From Takakia lepidozioides (Eukaryota; Plantae; Bryophyta): DNA of 64,000 nucleotides. A program made the position numbers and the translations under genes. Below are positions 11,581-24,719 of the stretch, one piece after another. Positions within the stretch are counted from its first letter, which is position 1, and every line of letters starts with the position of its first letter. The stretch lies in assembly GCA_030704615.1 (NCBI GenBank), contig CM060732.1, positions 75,888,001-75,952,000 of the forward strand, read 5' to 3'. The notes beneath the pieces were generated by a model that worked only from the letters and a program-made list of their open reading frames with translations, ran no database searches and had not been told where the DNA came from.

Positions 11581-12589
11581 CCACCTCCAGCAAAGCAAAG
11601 GAGAAGTGAAGCATACAAGCACACTTGCTAGGTTTAAGAAGGGAGAGAGAGCTACTTGGATCCCCACACAAGCGCCGCTGCAAAAATTAAAAGCCAGAGG
11701 AGGGAAAGAGACGATGCATTCACAAAATTGTCTCCAGCCTGTAAGAAAAAACAAAGCGTCGCCATTGCGCATCCCCAGGAGATCGCCCAGCACGGGTACA
11801 ATGCAGCAAACATGGTAGTAGCAAAACGCAGACGCCATAACGCTCTTCCCGCGAGCTCAAAAGCACTGCTCGTGCTTCTGACGGCGGGAGAGACATCCTA
11901 GGGCTCTTGCCCCATTTTTCATCAACTACAATACCCCTCGACCCTACGCATCTCATCTACGTGGTGCTGGGGGAACCAACTGGTCACATCGGACACAAGC
12001 TTTGGCAAAAATTCTAGCAGACCGGCGCGAAATGCCTCCCGTGCAATGTGATTGCGAGCTTGGGCATCAAGTCGTGGGTGCAATATGCGTAGTATACGAC
12101 GCATCAATACTTATATCGTAATTTGGTTTCATGTATGCTTACCAATCATACTATATTATTAGATATACCAAATGTACTATGAATGAAGGTTAACGAGAGG
12201 GGGTGGAAAAAAACTCATCTTTGCCGCATCGGCAATCAAGTTCCTCGCGTAATATTTTTCGACAATATGCGGTCGACGCCTCGGTGGTCTGGTGCCACCC
12301 AGCGGTATCCATGCCCAACACTTAGTGCACCAACACTCAATCCTGTTGGGGGGGGGGGGGGGGTTCAAAGGTGGACGTGCGTGGGCGTTGTGCCTCTGGA
12401 CTAGCAGGGCTCTCACCACTGGGTGGTCTCGCAGGCATTATGGCCGGCGGCAAGCAGGCCCACCCCCCCCTCGGGTTTCCTCAGGCGGTCCCCCTGATCC
12501 AGTGTCCTCATCTGATGATTCTCCCCGCCGTACATGCAGTAGCAGCTTGCAGGCCGATTGTGGCCCCTCTCCCTTTGTCTGTTTCTTTG

Positions 12590-13477
12590 CCTGATCCGGA
12601 CGTTGTACCCCCGATTGTGCCTCCGGCATTACATCCTCAACCACCTCCACTTTCATCTCCTCCACTAGCAGTACCACCTCCACCTCCACCTCCACCTCCA
12701 CGTACATGTGCCCCCCGAACCCCTATGAGGGGTCGGCTTCGCCCTAGGTTTCCTCCCTTTCAGCTTGGGCGGCATGAGCCGGATCCTCGCCCCCGATGGG
12801 AAGCGCATAGGACTATGTTACTGAGGACCGTCCAGCCTCGTTGTTGGGGGAATCATCTCGACCCTCCTACCCCTATCCGAGAGAATGTGGAGTTCGAGTA
12901 TTGGGGTAAACGGTATGTTGTGAGAGCCGCTACTGACCCTGCTATGGGTCGGGGTTTATTCACGGTCAATGATATTGTGGTTTCTCCTCGGAGAAACAAC
13001 ATGGTGGACTTGTTTCCCTACTAAAGTCCATACTACACCTCATGACAAACATGTGCATCCCCTCACAATATACCGATGTATGACCACAAAAGCTCTCATG
13101 CCCATCGCTTCGCTCGTCCCATACTACATTGGTTCTCCTAGGATGATCAAAAGAACTGTTGATGAGCCCAGCAACATTGCCAAAGATATCGGGGTCACCA
13201 TCACAAAATCTGACTCAATGTGAGACAACCCCGGTCTACGTACATCCTGTCCGTTGACACACAAAATGTAGGATAGGATGTATGGGGCTTCGAGGCGTAA
13301 TGTATGGAACTCCCTACTAGTAAGACTATTAGGGCTGGCAGCGAGCTATTTGCCTCATATGAGTTCTCCCGGGATGATTGGGACCTCCGGTTACAGTATG
13401 AGTGGGATGTGTATGATAGAAATACGGTTCCTTTGAGACAGGGATCGTGTAGAGGGGCATTGGAGATATTCTCATGA
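12590..13477 (+). pseudogene. SET-domain (lysine methyltransferase-like) gene with Pro-rich N-terminal part; central segment inverted
   Basis: + strand MGRGLFTVNDIVV...LFPY (12944-13021). Reverse complement of 13041-13315 gives YILCVNG...FCDGDPDIFGNVAGLINSSFDHPRRTNVVW...MFVM, which joins in frame to + strand TSKTIRAGSELFASY (from 13316). Confidence 0.75.
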
Positions 13478-15169
13478 TGTACTTTGTATACATCCGATTA
13501 ATTGATTGATGTAAATATTTTTCTTCTTGCTCGTGTGGGTTGCAACTTTGTATATGTGATCTGAACATACCTATGCACATGTGGACCAAATATGAGCTTG
13601 AACCAAGTTCATTCAATGGGTCATTCTAGTATTGAACGCAGCTACGTGTCGTAGAAACGGAAAATTGCGTTTCGCCTGCACATGATTTTATTTTATTTTA
13701 TTTATTTTCAAGCCATATGCTTAATGATAGCATATGCAATGTGTGTGCAAAATTTGGGAGTAAACAAAAGTCATTTGGACCCATAACCATATTGTGTTCT
13801 CTCATTTGTACTCCAAAGTTGAGTTATCTTCAACTTCATGTATTTTTTATAGAGAGTTTTGCAAAAGTGACCCTAGAAACACACTTATTTTTTTTTTCCA
13901 TTTTTTTTGGTCCAATGTTTTGCATGGATGTAGTGGTGCAAACCCCAATGTCACAGAACAATATAGAGCCAAAAATAAAATCATTACGCCCCTCAAAACC
14001 GCAATCATATATTTTCTAGATGTAAATATTCATTTTAAATTCTTTTAAATTCGATTTAATTCAAAATTGGTTCAAGGGTGAGTGCTTCGTTGGGGGGCAA
14101 ATGTTTTTTTTTTTTTTTTTTGCTGGATCTTTGCACATGTGTTGCACACATATTTAAGCATATGTGGGAAAAAATGAAACTTGAGCCACATCCGTTTGAT
14201 GGGTGCAATGGCATGAGAGGATTTTCTTTCACATTAAAAATTGTTTGATAGGGTGAACGCGTCCTTGGGAAGGCAAATGATTTTGTTTGGGTTTGAAACT
14301 TTGCATGTGTGACGTTGCGCACATACATGTAATTATTGAATGACATATTTGATGCATACACACATTGAAGGTTGTTATTTGCATTTCGCTTATAATAAGT
14401 TGTGTGGTTGCAATGACACATTATAATATATGCTCGTATGTTCATTTGTTCGTATTAGGACTTTGTCCATCCCTTCCCGGTGCTTTCTTGGGGGACCTGA
14501 TCCGAAAACAACCCAAGTACATTAGGTGGGAGCCGTGGGCGAGACGCCACCCCCACTGGCGATCAAGTACTGAACGATGATGACGATGACAGTGACATTG
14601 ATTGTCGCGCACTTTCCTTCGGTAAGCTCCCCTTCACATCATAGTTAATCGCTTTGATGCGCGCGCCTAACTCCCAAACTGGCCGCCGCGCCAACTCGGA
14701 GCTTCGGCTGCTCACCGGGACATAACGGTCCCCCTTTACTCCTCCACAAGACCCTCGCTCACTCTGGGCCTAGTGGAAATTCCCTTTGGTTGTTGGCAGT
14801 CTGGAACAGCTCCCCACACCTTGGTCGCTTTCCGGCTCATACGCTGGTGAGTCTTGGCCCACCCACCACGGCCCCAATGGACCGTGATGAGTCCCAAGAC
14901 TCCCCACGACTCCCACCACAAGGTCTCCGCCCCATGGTGAGTCCTATGCCACCACAAAGACCCACTAAGCTACCACCACCCTCGTGGAACCACCCCCACC
15001 GCAACCCGGTGTGCGGGGCTCCACCTAGTGAGCGCATTCGCCTCCTGAGTGCCTTGGGCACTCAAGGGTGCTTCAGCCCCCATACCTATTGTTGCCACTG
15101 CCCCCACCACAGGGGCAACCCCTCTTGTGTCCCGATCCCTTGCCCTGAAGGCAAAGGGCCGCGACATTG

Positions 15170-18100
15170 ATAGCAGCACTGAGGATGGAATTAACCAGGA
15201 GGATGTGCAAGCTGAAGGATCTCTTAATGCATCATATAGGCGCTGATACAACCCATGGAGAAGAAACCAGGCCAATCGCTGATCCTGAAATGAGCCCCTC
15301 AAATGACATGGAGATGGACTCCCTTGTACGAAGGGGCAAAAGTGAGTCAACTTTCAACTGTCTTACTATTGCTCAATCTTCAAGTTCGATTTGGCATAAG
15401 TAATGTTGGGATGTCTGCCATAATGCGAACTATTGCGGACTATATCATTGCTCTACACTTGAAACCCAAGATGCCACAGTTGCGGAAAGAGGCACGCGAA
15501 GTGTTGGACTCCGTGGGGATGGGCTATAAGATTTTTCATGCATGTCCATGTGATAAAACACTATACTACGGAGAGGATTCGCGTCTCACCAAGTGCCCAA
15601 AGTGCAAGGAAGACTGATATCGAGATGATGTCCAAGGGAAAAAAGTACCACGCAAGGTATAAGCGCCATCCCCCCTCGCATGGAAATTTTCTTCTTTAAT
15701 CTTGTCAATGCATGTCAAGTATATTCCACAAAGTTTGGGGTTTAGAGAATAGTACTCATGCAAGATCTGATTGTGGCTTTGGAAGGAGTAAATAATACTA
15801 GCGATGTTCGATTTTGACCATTCACGCCCAAATGAGGGAGAGGCTGTATAAAGGGAAAGACATAAAGGTGTTGTATTATGTGTCATAATGGGATGATTAT
15901 ATGTGGGGGACGTGGGGTATTTCATCCTAGAAAATGCATTACTTTCCGTTCATCCCGCGATTGAAGGCACACTACCGAAGCCCGGAGTTGGCAACATTGA
16001 TGAGATGACACGCCTCGCATCGGAGCCCCCCGGGAAAGTTGTGCGGGCCACAAGATTCACAAATATGGAGGCATACTGAAGAGATGTGGCATTTTCTCTT
16101 GGATGACCCACGACATGTCCGCCTCGGCTTCTCCTCGGATGGGGTCAACCCATACTCTGTCCAGTCATGTAGTCATTCCACTTGGCCGGTGACCATGGTG
16201 AATTACAACATCCCTCCGTATCTTTCAATAAAAAAAGGCCATATCATGTTGGCTGCCATTGTACCAAGTGAGTGTTTCCATTTCATGCTTATTATTCCCT
16301 TGGATTTTATATTAATTTAATGATCTCTGGCGCAATTCGGATGCAAGATTGATGAGTGACATAATCATGGAATAAGACATGTAATTCATTATGTAGTATA
16401 ATTTATATTGGTGGAGCATTGAAACAATGATGTGAATGTCTCATAGGGAAAAAACAAGTGACAAACATGGACATGTACTTGCGACCTCTAGTTGATGAAC
16501 TTAAGGAGCTATGGAGGGGGGTCCTGACATTGGATACTTCACTGGACCCTAGCCGGACAATCTTTTCAGATGAGAGGCATATTGCTTTGGACAACGCATG
16601 ATTATCCAGGTATATTATGTCTCCATGAAGAACCCGCGTACATTTACTTGTCAAGGCCGGATAGTCTTGTCAAGGCGACAGTCTTGTGCACCGTAGTGGG
16701 GTAGATGGCACTATGGGCCATGCACATGAGAACTTCTTGTCTTGGCTAATGTGGCGGGATGTGTACATGACTAACTGTTTGCTCGGGGCTAAGCACCAAA
16801 GGGTACCATGCGTGCTTGTATTGTGGCGATGATCTTGATGCACATAGCTCCCGCCATCTTCGCAAGATGGTGTATCCCAACTACCACAAGTTTCTTCCTA
16901 TGAGCCATCGATGGAGAAGAAGAGAGAAACACTTGTTTGATGACAAAGAGAGGGTACGTCCTCCCCCTGTGACACCATCCGGGCAGTTTTGGGAAGACCG
17001 ATGGAAAGAGGTCCATGCGGGCATGGTTGGTGAAGTGGATGTGCTCGGCATGAAGCGATTTTCTCAATCTTCTATGAGTTGCCATATTGGGTGGTACGTA
17101 TTCCATAAAAACACCGTCAATATCCCTATGCATGCATGTGATATTGCACATTTGGTATGCGTTACATTGTCATTTTCACGTCAAAAAATTTGTGTAAGTA
17201 TTTGTAGGTGGGGATATATGTAGGACCTGAAGATTCGTCATCTTCTAAATCTTCCCATGCATATTGAAAAAAATGTCTGCTCGTCTTTTTTTCGGGTTCT
17301 TCATGGCACGTCGGCAAAGAAGGGAGTGGCTGCAAAAGAAGATTCTCTCGGTGTTAGAAATGAGTTTGAGGAGCAGGGTCGCATGCGCCATCTATGGGTC
17401 GAAGAAAATGGTGTGGACCCAAAAGGTGTTGTACGGTGAAAGTATAGGTGCGCATCTTGGCAATGGACAAAGGATGAATACAAGAATGTGATAGCCACCA
17501 TACGTGCTGTCCGAACACCAACTGGTTATGGGTCATCCCTCCGTATGAAGTTCAATGAAGACAGGGTCCATGGTTTGAAGTCTCATGACTACCACAATAT
17601 TTTGCAAGACATCTTGCCCATTGTAGTACGTGGGACATTGACTCCCGAGGTCCGCAAGACAATCTACACATTGGGAGGCTTGTTCCGGTGGATTTGCTCC
17701 AAAGAGTTAGAGGAAGTGGATTTTCCACGCATGAAGAAGGAGGTGGCGGAGTGAATATGTATGTTGGAGATGAACCTTCCCCCCTCCTTCTTTGACATCC
17801 AAGTGCACTTAGTGGAAGAGGCTTCGATTGCCGGCCCCGTTCTTTCTTGGTGGATGTACTTCCTTGAGCGTTACATGAAGACTTTGAAAGCATTTGTAAG
17901 ACAAATGGCGTACCCAGAGGGTAGCATGGCGGAGAGGTATACATTGCAAGAAGCTATGTTCTATTGCATGGAGTATATGGCAAGGGTGGATAATGAGCCC
18001 CTCGGATGTGGAAGGAAGAGGAGGATGCACGAACCAATGACATCATTTTGCCCAAAAAATCGAAGAGGGTAAAATTGCCGACCTTGGTTATTGAGCAAGC

Positions 18101-19000
18101 GCATGACTTTATACTGAAGAACATCCCATCCGTACATGAATGGGAGGCAAGATACAATAACCTTGTTCAACAACGAGAGGATGAGACGCTTGCATGGAGG
18201 CGGAACCATCCAAGGCCGGTTACTAGACGCTGTCGACGAGGAGCGGGCCGTCGGAATGTTCCTTCACAAGACTTGCCCGTGGAATTGCAGCCTCTAAGTT
18301 CATTCCAACAGTGGCTCAAGACTTCAGTTTATGACGCCGTTTCTCAAGGTGATTTCAGATATGATGCAAGACCTTGCAAGTGACCCCTCTCAATTCGCGA
18401 CCTCATACACGGCGGTTTGGGATCACGGTCGTCATTTCCGCATTTGTGCTCTTGACATGAAGTGCAAAATAACGTTTGATTCTGGCTTGTGTGCCACATA
18501 TTGACAAGACTCCGTGTGGGGTAAAGGAGATACATGACCTGCTATGAGCAAACTTGAGTACATTGGAGAGCTTGAGAGCATATTCCAACTTCAGTATACA
18601 AGGTACCGACCTCTTCTCTTCAAGGCAAGGTGGTTCTAGCCACATCTTGTGGGGCCCTCCGCAACACTAGTACGAGATGATTGTGGTTTAATGCGTGTCA
18701 ATGCAGATAGGCTCAACCCTACTCATCGTCCCTCCGATGAGCCTTTTGCATTTCCATCAGACATAAAACAAGTTTTCATCTCCGATGACAAAACAAGAAG
18801 GGGAAATTGGAAGGTGGTTGTGCATGCTCAGCCAAGAGGAAGACGTATCTATCATGGTCTCGGATCTCCACGGGGTGAGGAAATTACGGTGGAGGGACGG
18901 ACTGGTCATAATGATGCTGATGATGGAGGTTGGGTAGAGGGGGTAAAAGAGGATGATGACGCCCCGGAGAATGCATCCCAGACCCTATATGATAAAGCTC
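15170..19000 (+). pseudogene. CACTA TnpD/Tnp2-type transposase (Transposase_21, DUF4218, DUF4216-like regions), intron-containing, with stops and frameshifts
   Basis: HACPCDKTLYYG..CPKC; DPRHVRLGFSSDGVNPY..STWPVTMVNYNIPP; MHIEKNVC; GLKSHDYH; PPSFFDIQVHL..WMYFLERYMKTLK..PEGSMAERY; DEPFAFPSDIKQVF..WKVV. Confidence 0.92.
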
Positions 19001-19159
19001 CAGAAGATACGGATGTTGGACAAGGAGATGAAGACACGGCCATTGACAACGAGGTGGAGGATGATTCGGAGGTGTATTTTGAGGGCCGGCCCATTTATGA
19101 CGATGACTCCGATGACCAAGAAGACTTGCAGCTTGATGAAGATGAAGAATCTCCGGATG

Positions 19160-19444
19160 CCACCTTGACACGCCCGAGCGTGGCAAGTGGGGCTGCCCCC
19201 CTTTGCGACGGCCAGGCGTGGCAAGAAAGGGCTACCTCTTGCCCTTAAGGCCACCTTGCCACGTCCCGGCGTAGCAGGATGATCCCGGCGCTGGGGGGCG
19301 ACACCTGGGCGCTGGGTTGTCACGCGGCGACATCACAAGCAATGCCGGGGCGCCGCCGTTGCCACGCCCCGGCGTCGCACGCTCAGCGCCGCGCGGGGCA
19401 TGGGGCGCGGCTGTCGTCACTAACCCCCCCTTTTTGCAGTAGTG
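19160..19444. mobile_element. Right terminus (GC-rich subterminal repeats + TIR) of the transposase-bearing CACTA
   Basis: Ends ...CCCCCCCTTTTTGCAGTAGTG at 19444 (reverse complement CACTACTGCAAAAAGGGG), preceded by repeated GCCACGCCCCGGCGTGGC-like motifs. No matching left TIR was found by eye. Confidence 0.85.
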
Positions 19445-21529
19445 TCAAGGGCTGTTCAGCCCCCACTTCCACTTATATTAATGCTAGCCCCCAGCACAAA
19501 AACAGCCCCACTCATGTTCCGACCCCCCAAGGCAAAGCGCCGTGACAGTGGATATGCTTTCTACAGTCATCATTGCTAGTTTCTTCAATAGTTCGACCTT
19601 AGTTGCTGTAGCCTTTGTTTCCCGCTTTTGTTGTCCGCAACGATCCTTGCTCATGGATGCTCGCCCACATGGACAATGGCTCTTTTGTTCTGCTTGGGAT
19701 CTATTTTCTGTACAGGCGCAAGCCTGCCTACCATCTTTTTGAAGAGTTGATTGCTCAAAGTTTGGAGTACTTATATGACACCATCATGGACCGCATGCAT
19801 TGACTCCAACATGAGCTCACCGTTGTGTTTTCTGATGTATACTAGACGAGACTCTTATCTTGTGCTGGGATATGGCTCACACTATGACCAACCATCACAC
19901 CTTTTCGTTTGTCTTCTGATGTTTTTGCCATTGATCTTCACATAATATAGACTGGGTCTGTTACATCCTTATGTGATAAGCTTGCAACGATGCATTTGTC
20001 ACCGCTCTTATGATGGGAGTGCACCACGACTCCACATTGTGCATGATACAACATTGGTCGCGCATGAGACAAGATTTTATGTTCTACGAGAGCAGACACA
20101 TGTTATTGTCACCTTTGAGTGACGACATGATTTTTCCTCCTCGTGCCTCACACATAGAAATGTGGTACGGTATGCAAGATAGATACTGTAAAACTTTCAA
20201 GCCAAACAACATTTATTATTATTAGGGTCCATTGTATTTGCTTATGGGGGGGATCAAAATGATCTCTATAGCTTAGCAATTCAAGGTGAGCCAATTGCAA
20301 AAATTAACTCCTTTGTAATTAGATGTTTCACTCAATCCTGGGCCACAATGACGGTGAGGATAAAGTTTGATAAAGTTTGTTGGCCCTGCCTTTAGCAGGG
20401 ACTAGGGATTCACTTGCATGTAGTACCTTAAGACCTTTATATCTTGAGTGGGTCCCACCTGGGCACAAGCTCGTTGTGTTCCCTATGTGTTCCATTGATG
20501 GATGGATGTAGATGTTGGCCCTGCCTTTAGTGGTTATTTTTCTTAAAAAATGTGCTTACTTTAGATAGAGACGCGCTGCACGCAGCAGGGTCGAAACCTT
20601 TCTCTCTCCCTCCAGTCGGCCTTTTCTCATCGATACAATGCGACCATACTGTAGCAACATCTCGCATCGGTCTTCGTTCCTTATCTCTCTCCATATTCAG
20701 TTTCTTACTGCCTTTTAGTCGGCGATGTAATGGCCCAGTGATCTCTATCCTTTACATTCTCTCCCCGTAACGCAGGAGTAGATTCTCACTATCAGCAATT
20801 TCTCTCTCAATAGATTTCAAGCGGAGGGTATGGGGTAGCAACCTCCCTAGTCCTCACCTCCCCTCGCTCTGTCTTTCATGCAGGTCTACAGAGGGTTGGC
20901 AGATGCCATTTCTGGATCTTAAAGAGCATCAAGAAGTAGCGTCCATGTCTTTCTTGCTGAGTGGACTTGGTTACCAAGGGCTTCAAGAGAATGGACCTGT
21001 CTCGGATCTATTTGAAATCATATCTGGTGGCTACAAGTTTCGGTCTTTTATATTTTTCGCTCATTGACTTTGGCATAAGTCAATCTCCGGGTACTAGACA
21101 CAGGCAATCACGATTTATTTTGTCAAATATGTAGAGAAAGTGATGCACAGAGCGACAAATAAGAGAAATGGAGACCACTTCAGGCGTCCTACGGGGTGTA
21201 CATTCCTGTCTGAGAACGTGGGAACGATCTATGCATTGATCTGAGCAAGTGAATACTTGTGCATAGAACCTTGCTAAAGATAGTTACGATTTCAGACAGC
21301 TGTTGATCAGAGTTGAACGTAAGAGTAGGTTAGTTCTCTTTCCATCATTGAACCCTCCCATGTTCTATCTTGGAGCTCTGAAGTTGCTTCTGATTCACAA
21401 CACCTATATCTGTACATCTCTTTCTTACAAAATTCCACTGCACACTTCAATCCCTCTTCCTCTCTTCAATATACAGTACTAAGTCGTCACAAAAATAAGT
21501 GAAACGTGCCCACTTCCTGCTCCAGCCGG

Positions 21530-22170
21530 ACCAAAGGCGGGTCCAGTGCAATTTGCAGAGATAGGGAAACCTGCCAGGGATTTATTACACAAGGGATGTA
21601 CAGGAGGTCACCTGGTGTCAATCTCCTGCCTGGGCCCTTGTGGTGCCACATTGACATCCACTGCCACCATTGTACACGATGTCACAATCGGCGTCATGTC
21701 CACCAGCTTCAAGGAGGGCAAGCATAAACATGATCTCTCCTTCAGCACTCTGAATAATAAGGTGCTGTCTTTCCCTCTTTAATCAAGTGTCTCGTTTGAG
21801 TGCTCACCCTTTTTTTTCACTGTCAGCAACTACATCGTATGATGCCTATTCCAGTATTGGCTTACTCAAGAATTCAGGTATGATGATAGTGGACATGAGC
21901 TCACATATTTTGGCATTGTTTCCTCTCAATTGAATGTGGAGTGAAACTTTGTAAAGAAGCCATTTGATGCAGAGAGCTACCCACTTGTTTCGAAAATGTG
22001 CTTGATAGACTTCCTCTTTTATGATCACTCCGTTTTCCCAAATTTTTATTTATTTTCAATGGATGTGTGTCTCTCTATCTTGTGCAGATCAGCGCCACAA
22101 CAGTGTGCACTAATTGTTACTGTCCGGGCTTGATACTGGGGCTGCAAACAGTGCTGCCTGGGGTATTGCA
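21530..22170 (+). pseudogene. Mitochondrial porin (VDAC)-like gene relic, two exons
   Basis: GPVQFAEIGKPARDLLHKG...DLSFSTLNNK followed by GT resembles the plant VDAC N-terminus GPGLYSDIGKKARDLL. A second exon from 22088 reads ISATTVCTNCYCPGLILGLQTVLP. The rest is missing or degraded. Confidence 0.6.
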
Positions 22171-22999
22171 TCAAGGAAAAGTTCAGGTCTGTGGACTTCT
22201 AACATGTTGTGCCTCTGGGTATTGCAAAATGTGTTCAAAACCCTAAACCCCAAATTTCCACAAGGAAATGAAGGAACTAGTGTGAAGACCACAGAGATGT
22301 AGTAATGGACAATACCTTCTGGATGTTGTATGCTATATATTTGACTAGGGGTTCCTGCCCACGAGTTGCATGCCATTGACATCATCCTATTCTAGATGAT
22401 ACATCTATCCCCTTAATGCAGATGAGATCCAAATGGAAATACCCACTCACATGGAGCTCGAATAGGCTAGCGTGTGTCGGCCACCTGTTAGCACAGATAG
22501 GATGCGGCTATGACCACACTATGTGTCACACCTCATGGAAAGGGACTGGGATAGGGTAAAAACAAAAAGGGTACATTAGAGGAGAGTGAAGTAGATAACT
22601 CCTGGTTTAAACATGTTCGGTATTACTATAGTGTGTATATATTGCACCAAGTATTGTAATACTTGATTATGCATAGACTCGAATGCACTGATTGTACAAA
22701 ATAAATATTATATGGATCTGTTCAAGTGTAATGTTGTATCGAAAATCTCATGGATGAGCATAACCAAGAAGTTAAGCTAGATTTCAAGTAACATCTGGTC
22801 ATGGTTTTGGACATTCTGTTCTGACATTTCGGCCTAAGTGCCAATAACGGTGCAAAAGTATTCAGTGTTGTATATATTGGTGTTGGAATTGAGTGCTATA
22901 TTGAGGAAAAAAACATTGGGCATTTGAAATCCGTACAGATACGCACGTTGATATTCCATCATTTTTTTTTCGTCGCATTTAGATATGCCAAACACCGGG

Positions 23000-23660
23000 A
23001 GCGGGACATTGATACAAAGTTGTCAAAAGAAGGGTTGGTTCGATATCATGACTATCCGTTTGTTGCCGGAGATTGTCTCTTTGATTCCATGGCTTTTCTT
23101 TTGAACTACAGCCAAACTTCTGTGCTTCTGCGAGAAAATACAATGTGTCATTTTAAGAAAGCGCTGGATTTCCATACCCAGCCAGCTATAGATTGTCGAA
23201 GACAACTTTCTCCAGAATTTCTTCATAATAGACAAGTCAACACACTAGAAGGGTTGAAAAAATGCAATGGAGGATTGTGGGGAGACTTCACAGCTATTTT
23301 TTGGATGTCCGATTATCTTTCTTGTCCGATATTTGTTTGGTCCCGAACGAGTGCAAGAATCATGATTAAATGTGGTGGACAGTTCAAGCGTTTGAAGACG
23401 GATCGAACCATGGGGGTCATTCGAGCCCATAGTCCCGTCTTTCACAACAAGACAATATATACAAAACCAATTTCAAGTGCAGGACATTGATACAGAGTTG
23501 TCAAAAGAAGGGTTAGATCGACAACATGACTATTCGTATGTTGCCGGAGATTATCTCTTTGATTCAATGGCTTTTCTTTTGAATTATAACGAATGCAATG
23601 TGTCATTTAAAAAAAGCGTTGGATCTCCATACGCAACCGGCTATAGATTGCTTTCAAACT
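23000..23660 (+). pseudogene. OTU-like cysteine protease domain relic with a partial tandem duplicate, in AT-rich DNA
   Basis: VAGDCLFDSMAFLL...LR...GGLWGDFTAIFWMSDYLSCPIFVW fits the OTU pattern (GxCLF; WG; IxV). ~23003-23200 is duplicated at ~23480-23655. Confidence 0.6.
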
Positions 23661-24445
23661 TCCCAACCATGTTAATCGTTTTATTCATCCAACAAAAGAT
23701 TAATCTGATGCAACATTATAGCGAGCATTGTTGCTAGATTTTTGACCATTACAACAATTATACGCATTCTTATACCAACAATTGAAAAATATCAATTTAT
23801 CCTAATATATGAATTCCAAATTTATGTCTTACTTATATAGATGCCAGGGCCTACGTGTATGTCACTTTGTTTATCGTCCAGTGAATTTACAGAGCCAACT
23901 GCTCAACACACAGAGCCCATTGAGGGGCTAATGGAGGGTTGGTTGAAGCCACATGTTGAAGGATTGAACCCAGGATCACCCAGGTGAGGGTGAGGGTGTG
24001 GAAATCTGTCAGCCTTCGTTGAGAATAAAGTCTGAAGATGAGACACTCCCGCATCGCTCTTGTTCTTTTGTTGACAGACATTCGACGATGGGAGCTGGAA
24101 AAGACCTCATGTTGATGTGTCTGGGTATGCAGGCCGAGCCAGGAGTAAAGAACGGCTAGGCAGGAATTGTTCTTAGACTCTTCACAATGGTGTGACACAC
24201 GGTTGTAAAGGTGAGGCTATTAGAGTTTGTGAAGAAGAGATTTCGTTGTAGAACATTATGTTTGTTCTGAAGATGCTCAGATAAATAACATCTTGCTCTT
24301 TGTCCTGAAATAATTGCATTTTTTCTCGAACTGTCAGTATCTGAAGGTTGCACTTTCTGATCAGGACGTGAGGGTTGGCTGTTATCGTTATAGTAGAATT
24401 ATTTCAAGGCATAGCTACTCAGCTGCACGTCGGTGGTTTTCACAG

Positions 24446-24616
24446 AATGATCACGGATATATGGATTTCCCAACGGAAGTGGATAAAGGAGGCCCTATGG
24501 ATGGATAGTGGGTGAAACCCTCGGGTGCAAGCAGAGCTAGGGGCAATGACATTAGTTTGAGCGCAGTCTGGTGATGGTTCTAATTTTGGTGGACCTCAAG
24601 GTGGAGAATACAGCGG
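24446..24616 (+). other. Upstream exon with decayed second half of an OSB-type PDF motif (5' of PPR gene 1)
   Basis: After CAG: NDHGYMDF..(shift)..KEALWMDSG*NPRVQAELGAMT..*..GEYSG, then GT. Phase-2 join to G-ATG at 24719. Confidence 0.6.
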
Positions 24617-24719
24617 GTAGTGCAAACCTGTCTTCATGACGAGATATTTTTCTGAGGTACCTAAGAGCGTCAAGATCTTTGTATCACAATTCATAACTAG
24701 GAAATTTCGGTCGGACAGG

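Noticed and set aside
19500-21100. Short ORFs right of the CACTA TIR as a further gene
   Set aside because: No recognisable motif and no consistent exon chain; probably decayed repeat DNA.
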